From Eledone cirrhosa (Eukaryota), in NCBI GenBank assembly GCA_964016885.1, contig OZ024741.1:174158001-174222000 (forward strand): a stretch of DNA of 64,000 bases. Reading direction: 5' to 3'. A model generated the notes under the pieces. That model saw only the letters and a list, made by a program, of their open reading frames with translations. It was not told the DNA's origin and made no database searches. Both the position numbers and the translations under genes were made by a program. The stretch's first letter is position 1. Every line of letters starts with the position of its first letter. Below, one piece after another: positions 42,193-54,857 of the stretch.

Positions 42193-42584
42193 GGAGGCAC
42201 ATGGCTTAGTGGTTAGAGCATTGGCCTTGCAATCGAAAGGTTGTGAGTTCAATTCTCAGACCGGGTGATGTGTTGTTTCCTTGAGCAAGACACTTTATTT
42301 CACATTGCTCCAGTTTACTCAGCTGTAGAAATGAGATAATGGGACTGGGGTCCCTATCATTCCACTGCAAAGTGGTCGTGGAGGTGCCACGGCAAAAAAG
42401 CACCCAGCCCACACTGTAAAGTGGACGTGTAGGCACCACAGAAAAAAAAGCACCCAGTACTCACTGTAAATGAGGTTGGTGTTAGGAAGGGCATCCAGCT
42501 GTAGAAATCAAGCCAGAATCAGTTCCCATCCCACCCTTGCAAGCAGGGAAAAGCGGACGTAAAATGATGTTGATGATGATGATG
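42193..42584 (+). mobile_element. Full-length tRNA-derived SINE (family A) with an RTE-derived 3' tail
   Basis: A box TGGCTTAGTGG (42202), B box GAGTTCAATTC (42245), core tccttgagcaagacacttt, tail shared with the RTE LINEs, (gat)n end. Confidence 0.92.
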
Positions 42585-45500
42585 TGTGTGTGTGTCTACA
42601 TTTATGTTCCTAATTACGTCTCATAGCTTAGTGGTTCGACAAAGAGACCAACCAAATAAGCACCAGAGTTGAAAAAAAAAGAATACTAGTGTCTATATGA
42701 TTGCCTAAACCAAGGCTGTACCCAAGCATGGCCACAGTTTAATGACCGAAACCAGTAAAAGAATAAATTAATATACCAATCCCCACAGTACAATACAATC
42801 TTCTACCATTTTCATTGGTTATGTTAAAACCCCTGTAAGCTGTATTAGTTCACATTGCTGTGTAAGTGGAGCTTTTATCAATAATTCTATCGGCATTATA
42901 AACATTCAGTCGATAAAGGAAAGGAATAAATATGGTCTTGCATTTTCTACCCTTCCCTCTTTTTTATATCTATCTCTGCTGCTGCTTTCATAAATTCACC
43001 ATGGATTTGATTTAACAAATTGGTTGAGTCCTGGGTGAAGCCTTGATAATATAAACGTTTTTCTGTGAACGTTTGATTATTATAGTTTTTTTTTGTTTGT
43101 TTGTTTTTTGTTTTGTTCTGTACATCAATGGAAAGTGAACTACTGCTTTGGTTATCAGATTAATCACACTATAATTGTCACATAAATACAACTTTGGCAG
43201 GTCACCTTGCCAAATGTGCAGCTTATTCAGAATTAACTGTAATTTTTCTTGTTCTTGTGTTCCTGGTTAACGATTGAGACTATAAGTATGTTTTTAGTTC
43301 CTTTTATCTGAATATATCTCCCAAATTCAAACAATCGACAAGCCCAGGGAGAGACTCTAATGATGCTAAGATAAAATATTTGTTTTCTCTTTGCATGTCT
43401 AAACCTTCAAGCTCAAAGCCTAGTTGATTTGACATTTCCCACTCTAATAACATTATATTCAGTGTAAGGAACTAATGCAGAGAAATACAGTTGATCAACA
43501 AAAGCTAGTATAGTAAATACTATACCTTGGCATCCAGCTACAACTTTGATTGGATCATTTGACATTAGGCAACAAATTGGTGCACTTGTTACGGGTGTTG
43601 GATAAAATATCTTGAGGCAATTGTTCTAGTCCTCTGCACTCGGAGTTCAAATCCCACAGGGGTCAACTTTGTCTTTTATTCTTTTGGGGTTGATAAAATA
43701 CTAATTCAAGATGCTTTTTGATATCTGTTCTGGCATTTTGCATTCTGAGTTTACATTCTGTCTAGGAATTCAAATTTGACCAATGGCAAGGACTAATCAC
43801 TCAATCATGGAACCACAACTGATTATTAAAGCTGATATAGATAGATGAGGATTGAGGCTATTTCCTATTGCAGTCAAATAATAATTTTGATAGTGAAGAT
43901 GATGAAGCTGGTGATGGATTTCAAAGGATTAATTCTGGAGAAGCAGAAGACCAATCTATCATTGCCGTAGAGTCAGAAATATGTATAAATAAATAAGAGT
44001 TTGTATTGTGAGTTATCTGAAGTTTATATAAACTCAGAATGTCAGTTTAATGATAAACTTAAAAAGGTCACTACATATATTATTGAACGCATGAAACAAA
44101 GCTGTTATCATTTACTGGATTAGTCAATGTATCAATGATAAATTAACCAAATGATAATCACATTCTAACTTAATGCACTTTATCAGAGTAAAGTATTTAA
44201 ATACAGATCCTGATGAATCTATATATAAATTTCTGCGATTCTGTTGCAACACGTAAAGGGAGAGGAGTAGTTTGACTATCTCATACTACTCCTCTGTCTT
44301 TATGTCTGCTGCCTGCATGAATATAGGTGTGTGTAAAAGGAAGGAAAGGGGTGGTGAAAAAACTACTACTCATACTACTTCCCTCTCTTTACAACAAAAA
44401 CAGAGTGTTGCTACCACTGTTGTTATAACTACCTTATACTACTCTTCCCTCTTTACATCTTATGTAAGAAATAATAGACGATCAATGGAGAAAATAAAAA
44501 TATTATAAACAAATTGTTTTCTTCTTCTGTGGTCGATTTTCCACATACACACACGCACACACATATACACATACACATCAGTGTATGAAAAATAGTTCTA
44601 GTATGAGAAAATAACCAAACATACAGTGCTTAGTTGTATTCTCTGTGGTCATTCAACCCACTAGACATAGCAGCCTAATCTCAAGTCACACTTTATTGTC
44701 TTAAATTGGAAGGACACATTGGATAAGATAGTTCTGCATATCACTAAAAACACTGGATGGTTATGGATGAATGCCTTTCACCATAGATTGCATGTATCAT
44801 TATATGATTAAAAAATTATTTTTGCAACTACATGGTTTGGAGCTTGATCTCACTCTGTAGAACCTTGTACATATCTCATCTAACATAGTCTCAAATTGAC
44901 TAATGCCATGTGAGTGAAATTTGGTAAATGGAAAATAATATGAAAGCACATTTATGTATGCATGTATAGTACATATATATGTTTGTAAATATATTTTGCC
45001 AATGTCAACTTGCAAAGGATGTTAACATAAATATATGAACAACAAGTATTGTAAAGCCATCTAATCTTCTAATGCAAAGGCTAGCTTTGCTGGCCTCCAT
45101 GATAAGCTTCTCCATCTTTAGCCATGTCTTTCTTGATCTTTTTCCATATTTATTTCCATCACTCTTCTCACCAAAGTACTTTCATCTTTCCTCAACACAT
45201 GACCTAACCATCTCATTTTAATTTTCTTCACAACATTCATCACTGGTTCTATTCCCATAACCAAACCTCTGAGCCATAGTCATAATAACTTCTCTAGTGT
45301 TGGTGATCTACATGACAAATACACCCAGAACTCTCTGGAAGGTTGAAGGACACCCAGCTGTAGAAAGCCTGCTAAACAAAGGGTTGAGAGGACTCATCAA
45401 CTCTGTCAAAGACAAGACAACTTCCATAGTGTTGATGCCACAATTAAATGTACTTTGTAGCATGTGGGATCATATGTTAGACTCCTGACCTGACATACAA

Positions 45501-45638
45501 TAGTTAGTCTGACTTCCGACTCTTCTGTGACAACAGATCCAACCTTTATTAGCAGGGAAAATGGATGCTAAATAATGATGATGATGATGATATATATTTG
45601 TGTGATGATATATATGTGTGTGTGTGTCTGTGTGTGTT

Positions 45639-45669
<31 letters not shown>

Positions 45670-47080
45670 GCGCATGCATGTGTGTAGTGTGTGTATAGTG
45701 ATGTTGAAGCATTCAAAATGTCTGTTTCTTCCTGTCATGACTATTGACATACATACACAATGCCGATAGATTTTAAAACATTGAACAAATGAAGAGAATA
45801 TTTTCAATTCAACATTTGCCAGAAAGCCCAATCAATGACAATGATATGCCATTTGTTGGAAATTTCTGGCAGTGACAACGATCTCAATTTTACCGGAAGC
45901 CATACTTAGTGACACATCAAAAGAATTTTCCAATTTGTACCAGAAAATCTGAATAATACATTGTTTCCTTTACCTGGCATCGAATAGTGAACTAGAATAT
46001 CCTCATTATCATCATCATCATTGTCTTCATCATCAGCATCATCATTGTCATCATCACCAGCATCATCATCATCATCATCATCATTGTATAATCCTCATCA
46101 TACTTTATTGTTCAATCCGTGCTGGTACAGATTGAACAATATATAAACAGAAATAGACTTCATATTTGAATTTAGTTTAAACAGTAATTTGGTTTCAACT
46201 GACTTCTGCCACTTTACAGAGCTAAACTGAGATACATGCTGGATAAAAGTTTGTTCAAAGGTTTGCATATTTCATTTATCACTATCACCATCAGTATCGT
46301 TGTCATTTTCGAAACCTGCTTGAGTTGGTGCAAGACTTTTGTGGCAGGTTTTCTATGTTATGATATGATGCCAACCTATACTTTATTTCCCTTGAAGCAT
46401 TTCTTGTATACCACTAAACATTTGTTGAACCACTATGCTGCAGGACATAGTGTTTATGGGAGACATAAACAATATAACCACTGGCTTTCTATAAACAGTG
46501 TTATGTCATTTGCAGTGACTGACCTACACACACAGTATTTGAAGTCTGTTTTTTTTGCTAGTAAGGGTTGGGCAGGGCATCATGGACCAAGTCAGGATTT
46601 ACTGACCTCACAGATGGGCCAGGAGCCTGCATCTCACTTATTTACATTCCTGTACTCTACAAGTGCTCAAGGAGTCAAGCAGCCCACATTTCACTTACAA
46701 AATGGGAGGTTGTCATGTCTTTAACACAGATGAAAAGTCTGCCTAACCTTGGTGATACGACAAAAAGCACCCAGCCCACACTGTAACAGGATTGTTTTGC
46801 TGTAAAGTAGTTATTTTGGTGCCACAACAAAAAATGCCCTCATCTGACCCATGTTAGCATGGAAAAATGGACCGTAAACGATGGTGATGATACATACATG
46901 TTGAGCTACTCTACAGTTTCCATCTACCTGATTCACTCAGATGTATTGACATACTGGTAAGACGTTAAAACGTTATTCTGGTGGAATAAAATTTTAATGG
47001 CTCACCAACTATATTTTAAACTTGTTTACATTTTCTAAGTAGAGATGTCTGGACATCGATGGTAAATATGTTATTTACAT

Positions 47081-47859
47081 CAGGCAAAGTAAACATGCGG
47101 CCTACAGGCCCATGCGGCTCTTTACAAGTACATATATGGCCCACACAAAGGTTTTTATAGTACAAGCTTTTTTTTATCTTCATAATATAAAATTAAAAAA
47201 TCTTTGATTCGATTGTTTTTTTTTGTGCGATTTTTGTCAACTACTTTTAACTTCCGGTGAATCACGCACAGCTCATTAACAGTTGTAAACAGAAAAATTT
47301 CTTCCAAAATTTCAAAAGATTTTGCTTTTAAAATGGCTAGTGCTCCTCCAGCTAAGAGGAAAGGGAAATTGAATGAAGAAGGGCGAGTGTTTCAAGAAAA
47401 GTGGGAATTACAGTATTTTTGCACAACAGTGAACAGAAAGATACACTGTTTAATTTGCAACAACTGCATCACCACGCCAAAAGAGTACATTTTGAAAAGG
47501 CATTATGAAACGAACCATCGATCTTACGATAAATATGAAGGCCCAATGCGTGTTTCAAGACTCAAGGAATTGAAGGCTAACTTGACACAGCAACAGACCT
47601 GTTTTATGTAAATTCAGGAAAGGAATGTCGCTTCCATTACTGCAAATTATGAACTCAGCCAAATGATCGCCATGAGTGGGAAATCTTACAGTGAAGGAGA
47701 TTTTGTAAAGCAATGCCTTGTAAAAGCAGCTGAAATTGTATGTCCAGAGAAAGCACAGTTATTCAAAGACATTTCATTAACCAGTTGTTGTGTGTGGCCC
47801 TCAGACAACACTTATGTGACTCATGTGGCCCTCGGGGGACACTCAGTTTGACATGCCTG
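47081..47859 (+). mobile_element. Internally deleted hAT transposon (SPIN/Charlie/GTF2IRD2-like)
   Basis: 8-bp TSD atttacat (47073-47080, 47860-47867). TIRs caggcaaagtaaac / gtttgacatgcctg. Transposase N-terminus RVFQEKW..YF..CLIC..KEY.LKRHYETNH and IA.SGK.YSEGDFVKQCL..CPEK..LFKDISL. Confidence 0.9.
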
Positions 47860-48372
47860 ATTTACATTATTTAATGGATTCTGAAGAAATCAGTACAGAG
47901 GAAAATAATGGAACATCTTACTGTATTGATAGAAATGTTCGTAAATCAATTAAATAATCTAATGTAATTCAATCCTGGTTATTTTATTCATTTATATATG
48001 CTCTGTGATATTGAAAACTACTGTGATTGGAAATTTACTAATTGGATTAAACTCTGAACTGTCTTTTACCCATCTTACTGTAGACTATAAAATCACATTT
48101 GAGTTTTGAATTATTCTTTGCCTTATATGGTTGTGTTATCATCTTATCTAAACTATTTTATATATGATGATGATGATAATGATGATAATTATATACATTT
48201 ATTTAGAGAGAGAGAGATAGAGAAAGAGAGAGAGAGAGAGGATGTGTTTACATTTGTCTATATATAGACTGCTGGCTAAAATCTATAGATATAGTGTATA
48301 GCATTGAAACAACACACCACATCAGTAATTTATTTTGATATAGCCATTAATACTTTAACCTATACAGGGATA

Positions 48373-50601
48373 ATCATCATCATCATCAACATCATCATTT
48401 TATATCCATTGCATGGATTGGATGGGTTTTTTTCAGTACAGCATCTCTGCATTTGTTGCATTCCTTTGTCATCTCCACAGAGCCTCGGAAATTTTAGATC
48501 AGCTCTCACCACTTCCATCCAGGTCTTCCTTGTTCTTCCTCTACTATGGCTTCCTTGCACTGGGATTACTTGGCATTCTTCACCTAGCGATCATCATCCG
48601 TGCACATCCTATGTCCATACTAATACAGTCTCTTCTCCTGCACACTACATTTGATTCCTTTTATAACCAGTTTCTCTCTCAGTTCATCCATGTTTTGTCA
48701 TTCTCGCACATAAACATTGCACACCCACCTTAGCATGCTTGCCTGATTTCTCTCCAGCCTTTGCATTCACAGCCCATGTCTCACTACCATGCAGTTTGCC
48801 CTTCACACACAGGCATCATACAGCTGACCTTTTGTTCGTAAGGAGAAACCTTTTGTAGTCAACAGAGATAGCAGTTTCTTAAACTTTGTTTATACTGTCC
48901 TTATTCTAGCTACTATGCTCTCAAAGCACCTTCTAAGTATATCATATAGGTAGCAGAAGCTATCAACCACTTCTATGGATCCTTCCTGAGATTGGAAAAG
49001 GTTTATATTATTCATTTTATAATTATTATTGGTGTTCTTGCTATTAATTGATCCTGAACACATCTGCTGCATAGAAACTCTTCCCTCCCTGTTAGTCTAC
49101 CTGTTATCTCACTACATCTCTTGTGTACCCAAGATTTGCATTGTGTGTATCATATAGAGTTTATGCCTACTCCTTTTCTACATATCAAACAAGGTCACTT
49201 CCCTGATTGGATTAGTGCCCTATTTTCTTTCCTACTTCTTAACATTTTGGTTTTTGCTAAGTTTACTCTCAGCCATTTTGGTTCTAAGTTCTGTTATCAC
49301 AGCCAGAATTTATTCTCTTGTTCTTCGACTGATTCAACTATGAAAACCAGATCATTGGCATACAGAAGTTCCCATGTGCCACCAGTCTTAAACTCTTCTG
49401 TTATGGCCCGGAGACCTACAATAAACAGATGTGGGCTAAGAACTGAATCCTGATGCACTCCTACCTGTATCTTGACTTCCTCACTAAATTCATTTTACTT
49501 ATAATTCCTCTGTGCACGGCTTGCACTGCTCTTACAAGTCACTATTCTGCACCTAGTTTCCGTGAGGACCACCAGATGACAGGTCAAGGCACTCTGTCAA
49601 AGGCCTTTACTAGATCAATAAAAGCTAAATATAGCTGCTTATTCTTGGCTAGGAACTTCTCTTGCAGCTGTCTCACTAGGAAGAGTGTATTTGTAGAAGT
49701 CCTCCCAGGCATATAACTGAACTGCATCCCATCTAATCTGACTCTTTACTTAATTAGCTTTTTTATCATTTTCATAACTTGGTCCATTAGTTTTATCCCT
49801 CTGTAGTTGCTCCTTTATAGATCACTACCTTTTCCCTTGTAGCAATTTTTTTATTGTACTGTTGAACCAGTCATTGAGTATGACTTCATACTCTATTACC
49901 TGATTGACTATACTGGTTAGTAGTTCAGCTCCTACTTCTGATGCTTTTAGCATCTCAGTGACTATCTATGACCATCCCACAACTTTACCATTCTTCATCT
50001 CTCTGATCGCTTCTTTCACTCTATAATTGTTGATTTCAAAAGCTGGTTCCTGTCTTGGGTACCAGCCTCAAAGCCTCTTTCTTTTGAGCATCAGTGATGC
50101 TAAGTGCACCAGTGTCATTTCGAACAGACTTTTCCCCAACAATATTCTGATTTACATGCTGCTTTAATATCAGAACATCTCACATCACTGATCCTCACTT
50201 TGCAAGACATTCGCTAATGTTACAGGTCTTTCTGTGTTACGTAAACTAGTCATCTAGCTTCTCACTTAGATAACTGGTACTGTTTTCTGCTACCTTCATT
50301 TTTCCAGTCTTTTCACACATGTCTCTTGGCCTTAATAGCTCTGTCCACTGTGCTATTCCACCACCAGGTCACCTGCTGTTTGGCTGGTGGTTTGCTCCAA
50401 CCACAAGTCTCATCAGTAGTTCACAATAGGTTGACACGTAAGAATTTCCAATTGTTCTCTATGTCATATGTATCTAACTCATTTCCCCTCTCATCAAATG
50501 CATCCCATAGGACCTTTCTAAACCTGTATTTCATAGAAAGGCCCTTTAGCTTCCATACTCTCCATCTCCATATTTTCCTGCATATCTTGTCTGTCTTCTG
50601 A
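48373..50601 (-). mobile_element. Old, heavily mutated RTE LINE (PHD family)
   Basis: Frameshifted RT motifs (IDLVKAFDRVP, VHQDSVLSP, ELLYAND, VDSFCYL) and a (gat)n tail. Confidence 0.85.
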
Positions 50602-50602
50602 T

Positions 50603-51999
50603 TTGGCTTGATTTCTACAGCCGGATGCCCTTCCTAACACCAACCTCATTTACAGTGAGTGCTGGGTGCATTTTCGTGGCGCCTACACGTCCACTTTACA
50701 GTGTGGGCTGGGTGCTTTTTTGCCGTGGCACCTCCACAACCACCTTGCAGTGGGAGGGTGTGGGGGCATATTGTCTATATGCTTCAGATTGTATCCATGG
50801 GAGGTTGGGTACTCTGTATTACTGCGTGATGCCAGAGGTCACGGTCGTGTGTCATCACCTTTGAGAGGTGTAATTGGGTAAGGTCGCCTTTTATCACCTC
50901 ATCCCAGGTAATCTTGGGTCTCCCCACTTCGTGGTTTCCATCGACTTCCAGTGCTCTGCACCTTTTTATGCAGCTGTCATCCTTCATACGCATCACATGT
51001 CCATACCAACGCATCCGCCTCTCCTGCACACAGCATTTGATTCCTCTTATGCTCAGTCTCTATATTCAATTCATTTATGCTTTGTCATTCGTGTATATTA
51101 CTATTACACATCCATCGGAGCATGCAGGCTTCGTTTCTCTCTAATCTACGTAAGTCTTCCACCTTCAGCGCCCAGGTCTCACTACCATCTAACATTGCTG
51201 TTCGGATACACGCATCATACAGTCTGCCTTTCGTTTTGAGGGAGAAGCGTTTTGTAGCTAGCAGTGGTAGTAGTTCCCTGAACTTCTTCCATCCCGTTCT
51301 TACCCTAGTTATTGTACTTTCTGAACACCCACCTCCGCTGCTAATTCGGTCACCTAGGTAGCAGAAGCTGTCTAATGTCTCTACAGAGCCCTCCCAGAGA
51401 TTGGTGGTACTTGTTTCCTGTGGCTGTTTGCTGCTTGCTATCCCAGTACGGCTGCTGCATGTGAAGCCTACATTCTTAATTAAGCTGCCTGAGATCCCGC
51501 TACATCTCTTGTGTACCCATTGTTTGCATTTGGGGCAGAGAATGGAGTTCCTACCTACACCTTTCCTACATACTGAGCAAGGCCATTTCCCTGAGGGGAT
51601 CTGGGTTCTGTTTTCTCGTCTACTTACAAGGACCTTAGTCTTTGTCATGTTGACTTTGAGACCCTTTCTTTCTAGTCCCTGCTTCCAAGTTTGGAATTTC
51701 TTCTCTAGTTCTACCATAGATTCAGCTATAAGTGCGAGGTCATTAGCATACAGGAGTTCCCATGGGCATCCGGTCTTAAACTCCTCCGTTATTGCCTGCA
51801 GGATTATGATGAACAGGAGAGGGCTAAGAACAGAGCCCTGGTGGACCCCAACCTGTACGCTAAATCCCTCGCTATACTCATTGCTAATCCTAACTTTGCT
51901 GACTGCTCCCCTATACATGGTTTGTACAGCTTTCACAAGCCATTCATCTAATCCTAGTTTTCTAAGAGCCCACCAGATTGCAGCACGTGGAACTCTGTC
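50603..51999 (-). mobile_element. RTE LINE 3' fragment (PHD family)
   Basis: ORF 51085-52062 has GVHQGSVLSPLLF, LLYAND, the PHD finger, FCYLG and GSETW; ORF 50784-51029 has RMRWYGHVMRM. Confidence 0.93.
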
Positions 52000-52000
52000 A

Positions 52001-52519
52001 TATATAATAAAATGTGGAGAGGAAGCACACGAGTTAGGATATATATATATATATGAAAACAAGGAGAAAGAGACGATTATTAAGAAGAAAAATATATTTT
52101 TTTCCTTTTTTGTTTCTCTCTCTTTTTTTTCTGGGTTAGAAAATGATTAAAACGAAATGTTTTACTTTGTGTGAAGTGTTAAGGTATTAGTTGATTTATT
52201 TATTATTTAACAATGGTATTTATTTATCTATTTATATATTTAATTATTGTCTATTACCGGTTTCAACATTTTTATGCATTATCAAATAATAGTGAAATGT
52301 ATTAGACAATAATTAAATATATAAATAGATAAATAAATGCCATTGTTAAATAATAAATAAATCAACTAATACCTCAACACTTCACACAAAGTAAAACATT
52401 TCGTTTTAATCAATTTCTAACCCAGAAAAAAAAGAGAGAGAAAAAAAAAAGGAAAAAAATATATTTTTCTTCCTAATAATCGTCTTTCTCCCTGTTTTCA
52501 TATATATATATATATATAT
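52001..52519. repeat. Fold-back with ~215-bp inverted arms (52040-52253 / 52293-52519) and a hammerhead-like loop
   Basis: Arms read directly. The loop on the minus strand reads ttgataa-tgcat-aaaa-atgtt-GAAA-ccgg-TA-atag; tcgtgtgcttcc at 52021-52032. Confidence 0.85.
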
Positions 52520-52541
52520 CTAATATTTATAAAACCATATT

Positions 52542-52606
52542 TATTTCATTATACATATTTCAAGGACACCAAGTTAAATTATGGTGTGCTTTCATCAGAT
52601 AAAATA
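52542..52606 (-). ncRNA. Type I hammerhead ribozyme
   Basis: Minus strand tattttat-CTGATGA-aagcacacca-taatttaact-tggtgtcctt-GAAA-tatgta-TA-atgaaata. Confidence 0.82.
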
Positions 52607-52666
52607 TAATATAGATCAGTTTTATAAATAAATATTGACATTTTCCATTTGTTAATATATCGTATA

Positions 52667-53651
52667 CTAGCAGTAAAGCCCGGCGTTGCTCGGGGTCGCT
52701 CAGTAGCTGTGTTAAAGTTACAATGTTAAGTTTCTTTCTTGGCTTAAAAACTGTAGTGTCTACTGTGCAGACTTGCATGTGGTGTTTTTGATTAATATTC
52801 CCTCAACCAACAATATGCCTTATGAAGTTAAGAAAACATAACGATAACCCGAATGTTATAACAAAAGAGGATGCTCGGGATAGAAACTGCACTGGTTATT
52901 TATTAACAAAGATCGAAAATGTAAACACTGCAATGCAGAGAAAAACATTAGCGTAACCAAATTATCAGTTATGTCTGTCTGCACGCCTATATCACCTCTC
53001 TGCACGACTGTCTGTCTGCACGCCTATATCACCTCTCTGCACGACTGTCTGTCTGCACGCCTATATCACCTCTCTGCACGACTGTCTGTCTGCACGCCTA
53101 TATCACCTCTCTGCACGACTATCTGTCTGCACGCGTATATCACCTCTCTGCACGACTGTCTGTCTGCACGACTGTCTGTCTGCACGCCTAACGACGAAAT
53201 ATTTGCTTGTTTTACGTAGTCTTTAAATAGACTTGTTTTCAAGTAAAAATATTGTTTTAAAATGCTTTTAAATGGAAATGAAGCAAAACGGAAGCTTAGT
53301 GTTCGAACTGATGAATTTTGCAGGTCAATATTTTGCTGGCTCAACAACTGTTCGTGTATTGTGTTAATGTCATTTTAAACGCTGAGAAAGCCAGCGTAAT
53401 TTTTTACGTAAGACGCTCAATGTAAACAGAACAAAGGGAAATAACTGATAACTTACGCTCAAAAATCGATACATTATATTCGATTTCGTAACATAGGGTG
53501 GGTCAATTTAAAATATTTTTTTTCCGATGTCTTCGCTAGGGCTCAATGTACAAGTATAGCAATTTCGGTGCAATTCCGTGAGAGATTCTAAGAGGAGATG
53601 TGTGCCAAAAATCGATAGACAGACAGACAACCACAGTTTTATATATATAGA
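52667..53651 (-). mobile_element. Non-autonomous Helitron with an internal 37-bp minisatellite (52972-53190)
   Basis: Minus strand starts A|TCTATATATATAAAA and ends cccgagcaacgccggg-ctttactg-CTAG|T. Confidence 0.8.
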
Positions 53652-53653
53652 TA

Positions 53654-54843
53654 TCTAATATATATTTGTAAAATGGGTGGTGGTTGAAATTCAGATGTGC
53701 ACGGTTAAATGGTAGTAGACGTGGTCGGACTGACATGAAAATTTACACACCTATGTAAAAAGTGCCAAGGAAGCAAATAGACGAGGTTTCAAATCTCTAA
53801 CTTGAAAAATGTGGTCCCTGGAGCCCCAAAGCTATCGCGTTCGGTGAGTTATTTCCCCCTGTTCTAATACTTTTGTCTTATTTACAATTTCATACAAATA
53901 CAGCAGTAAAATCCCGTAGTAAGTCCTAAAAAAATGGTTAGATACACCATGACGCACCGATCATCACGATGGAGTTGAAAAGCAGACTCAGAACATGGCG
54001 TTGTGTGGGGGTGGCTCGCAGCCCAATGTTCCAGGGGGAACAAAAGAAGAAGAATAAGGTGTGAGCTGGAGTCCTATCAAATATGCAGGTTGTGTCTTAA
54101 ATTGAAGGTTTAGTAGAAACAATTCATGTATAGTTTTGTACTTTTCTTTTTGTCATTCATATATAAACAAATCTACTAATATTCTATTTAAAATAATCGA
54201 ATGATTTCCAGCCCCAGAGTTTAAGAATGATGTAAATAAAATTGAAAACGAAAATGACAGAGGTTATTAAAATAGTAAAAGTAAATAGTGAAAATTTAGG
54301 CCAGTACATACGTATGCCCCGATGGACATACACATACATACGCACACACAAATACATACATACACACCCACCCACACATACACACACACACACAAACGCA
54401 CGCGCGTATGTATAAACCTTATGCATTTCTACAGTATTTTCACCAAACTTAAGACATAGGTTACTTATGTACTCCGATTAGTCATGGGCACTGTCATTTT
54501 TCCAGATATTGATTATAGGGCCCCCCGGCAGATAACCACTTTAACCACTTCCTTAGAGTCGGCTGAATCACTGCAGTGCAATGCAACAAAACGTCATAAC
54601 TTCTGGAGTTCGCAACCGATTTTCACAAAACTTGACACATGGGCTACGTTTGTCCTACAGATTAATGGGAACTCTCAGAATTGGCACTTATTGGGTAGGG
54701 GACCCCTGGGGGCAGGAACCCCCTTTTGGAAAAAGCCGATGATTTTGTAAAAGTATAGTTTTCGAAGCAGCACTGAAGTATTGACATAAATGGTATACAC
54801 AACTGCTATTTAATATCCGAGCAACGCCGGGTACCTCTGCTAG
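53654..54843 (+). mobile_element. Non-autonomous Helitron (composite)
   Basis: Starts A|TCTAATATATA and ends ccgagcaacgccggg-tacctctg-CTAG|T. The body recurs at 61499-63700. Confidence 0.8.
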
Positions 54844-54857
54844 TATATATATATATA

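Noticed and set aside
42193-42270. tRNA gene
   Set aside because: A and B boxes are present but there is no complete cloverleaf; it continues into a SINE body.
42947-43065. Protein-like minus-strand stretch (KRLYYQGFTQDSTNLLNQIHGEFMKAAAEIDIKKREG*)
   Set aside because: Weak acceptor, no partner exons and no recognisable homology; cannot be supported without a search.
43870-43997. Acidic coding-like stretch after ttcctattgcag
   Set aside because: Short, with no donor or homology; may be a decayed transposon fragment.
45974-46100. Poly-Asp exon on the minus strand ending at cag|gtaaag
   Set aside because: Best explained as a decayed (GAT)n microsatellite, which is common in this window.
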